DNA from: an uncultured Verrucomicrobiae bacterium
GTDB lineage: Bacteria > Verrucomicrobiota > Verrucomicrobiia > Limisphaerales > Palsa-1400
Direction of reading: 5' to 3'
Assembly (NCBI GenBank): GCA_963702845.1
Contig: OY969763.1
Coordinates: forward strand, 5,856,001-5,920,000
DNA: 64,000 nucleotides
Shown here in pieces: positions 62,314 to 64,000 of this stretch (position 1 is its first letter; each line of letters opens with the position of its first letter). A model generated the notes under the pieces. That model ran no database searches, had not been told where the DNA came from, and saw nothing but the letters and a program-made list of their open reading frames with translations. A program made the position numbers and the translations under genes.

Positions 62314-63696
62314 ATGAAAACTCTCTACCTCGACATCTTCAGCGGCATCAGTGGCGATATGTTCATCGGTGCGATGCTCGATCTCGGCGTTGATTTTCAC
62401 CAATTCGAGCACGAACTTGAAAAGCTGCATCTCAACGGCTACCACTTGCACACCAAACGCGCCAAACGTTTTCAGATTGAAGGAACCAAGTTCGACGTTC
62501 ATCTCGAACACGACAACGGCCATTCACACGGACACAGTCACGAACACGAGCACGGCCATTCCCATTCGCACGAACATCATCACGACGACGATCCGCCGCA
62601 TGAACATGAGCATGGTCATCACGGCCACGGCCATCAGCACGAAGACCATGACGTTCACGAACATGCTCACGAACTCGAGCACGCACATAGCCACTCGCAC
62701 GACGACCAGCGAACCTTTACCGAAATCAAAGAACTGATCACGAAGAGCAAGTTGTCCGATTGGGTGAAACAAAAGTCGCTCGCCGTTTTCCAACGCATCG
62801 CCGTCGCCGAAGGCAAAATCCACGGCATGCCCGTCGACAAAGTTCATTTTCACGAAGTTGGCGCGGTCGATTCCATCGTCGACATCGTCGGCGCATGCAT
62901 CGCCTTGGAGATGCTTGGCAAACCACGCATCCTCGCCAGTCCCGTCGTCGACGGCTCCGGCTGGATCGATTGCGCCCATGGCCGCTTCCCCATTCCCGCT
63001 CCCGCGACGCTCGAAATCCTGTCCGCACGCGGCGTCGCCATCACCCAAACCGACGAACCAAACGAACTCGTCACCCCGACCGGCGCAGCGCTCCTGGCCG
63101 AATTCGTCGAACACTTTGGCCCGATGCAAAATTTCAAACCGCAGAAGATCGGCTTCGGCGTCGGCGGCCGCGATAACAAGACCCGCCCGAACGTCGTCCG
63201 CGCCATGCTCGGCGAACAAACGGCAGCCTCATCCGCACACGATTGGGAAACCGACACGATCGCCGTTCTCGAAACCAATCTCGACGACATCACCGCCGAA
63301 ATTCTCGGACAGTTCGTAGAAAAAGCTTTAGCCGACGGCGCCCTCGACATTTTCCACACGCCGATCCAGATGAAGAAAAACCGTCCCGGCGTTTTACTCA
63401 GCATCCTCTGCGCCTTCACGGACGCAGATAAATTCAGCGAACTCATCCTGCGCGAGACCACAGCTTTCGGCGTCCGTCGCACCATCTGCGAGCGCCGCAA
63501 ACTTCACCGTGAATTTGCAACTGTCAAAACAAGTTACGGCGAAGTCCAAATCAAACTCGGCAAACTCGACGGCAATGTCATTCAAGCCAGTCCAGAGTTC
63601 GAGTCCTGTCGCAAACTTGCTGAGTTGAAGCGGGTCCCTCTAAAGGCTGTTTACGATGTGGCGATGCAAAGTTGTGCCTCGTTGCGCGCCGAGTGA
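62314..63696 (+). CDS. larC: Nickel insertase LarC with long His-rich insert
   Basis: SGISGDM, VHFHEVGAVDSIVD, ELVTPTG, ETNLDD, MKKNRPG, PEFE. Confidence 0.94.
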   Translation: MKTLYLDIFSGISGDMFIGAMLDLGVDFHQFEHELEKLHLNGYHLHTKRAKRFQIEGTKFDVHLEHDNGHSHGHSHEHEHGHSHSHEHHHDDDPPHEHEHGHHGHGHQHEDHDVHEHAHELEHAHSHSHDDQRTFTEIKELITKSKLSDWVKQKSLAVFQRIAVAEGKIHGMPVDKVHFHEVGAVDSIVDIVGACIALEMLGKPRILASPVVDGSGWIDCAHGRFPIPAPATLEILSARGVAITQTDEPNELVTPTGAALLAEFVEHFGPMQNFKPQKIGFGVGGRDNKTRPNVVRAMLGEQTAASSAHDWETDTIAVLETNLDDITAEILGQFVEKALADGALDIFHTPIQMKKNRPGVLLSILCAFTDADKFSELILRETTAFGVRRTICERRKLHREFATVKTSYGEVQIKLGKLDGNVIQASPEFESCRKLAELKRVPLKAVYDVAMQSCASLRAE

Positions 63697-64000
63697 AAGA
63701 ATTCAGCTACTTTGATCGCGTAGCCTTTGATTTCGCGGAAATCCGGCGGTCCAATCCTGACTGCAAATTCTCCAATCCCTTCTTCATTTCTTCGCGCAGG
63801 CCGCGTAGCGGTTGCAGTTCGGCGCCTACAACGATGCCGAGGACAGATTCGCCTTTGGCGAGGGTGTTCAGGGAATTCGTCAGGAACAGTGGCGCTTCAG
63901 GATTCTCCTCACTTTCTTTTCGTAAAATCCGGGTGAACTTTGCCGTCAGAATGTAGCGACCAAAGACACGGAATGATCCGGCGCGGAAATGGTGCGCAGA

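Noticed and set aside
62500..62700. CAC/GA-rich tract as a DNA tandem repeat or phase-variation site
   Set aside because: It is the coding sequence of the LarC His-rich region with mixed codons.
63990..64000. TGGTGCGCAGA as the 3' CCA end of a minus-strand tRNA (Leu-like)
   Set aside because: Only 11 nt at the window edge; plausible but cannot be supported without the next window.

Overview
Bacterial chromosomal DNA whose gene content points to Verrucomicrobiota (Pedosphaera/Limisphaerales-like). The basis is a DUF1549/DUF1553-DUF1501-DUF1080 cluster, an H-Xn-DG prepilin and many secreted Ig/CAZyme proteins; this assignment is inference. Housekeeping genes: recO-DUF502-ybeY-phoH, pgk-tpiA-secG, cysE, trxB, dacB, htpX, mscL, oppABC, larB/larC. 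Accessory content: two two-component systems (one with a FixL-type heme PAS), a radical SAM/PocR-AraC module, GH38/GH27/GH44 glycosidases, a sugar catabolism operon and a TolC-CusB-CusA heavy-metal efflux operon. Genes at about 21.9-36.4 kb and 55.3-59.1 kb carry many single-base indels that look like long-read errors rather than pseudogenisation. No CRISPR array, rRNA, complete tRNA, transposase or prophage was seen. Most notable observations: (i) a shared ~65-80 aa 'W...FYR' terminal domain on four unrelated exported proteins, one of which is an Ig-cohesin-dockerin-cohesin protein, suggesting a sorting/surface-assembly system; (ii) micro-ORFs absent from the ORF track (a 31-aa prepilin-leader-only peptide, a 51-aa mini-USP); (iii) a Cys-rich leader ORF in front of the Cus operon; (iv) several REP/REPIN-like repeat families, three copies of which lie in frame inside genes; (v) a candidate pseudoknotted ncRNA.
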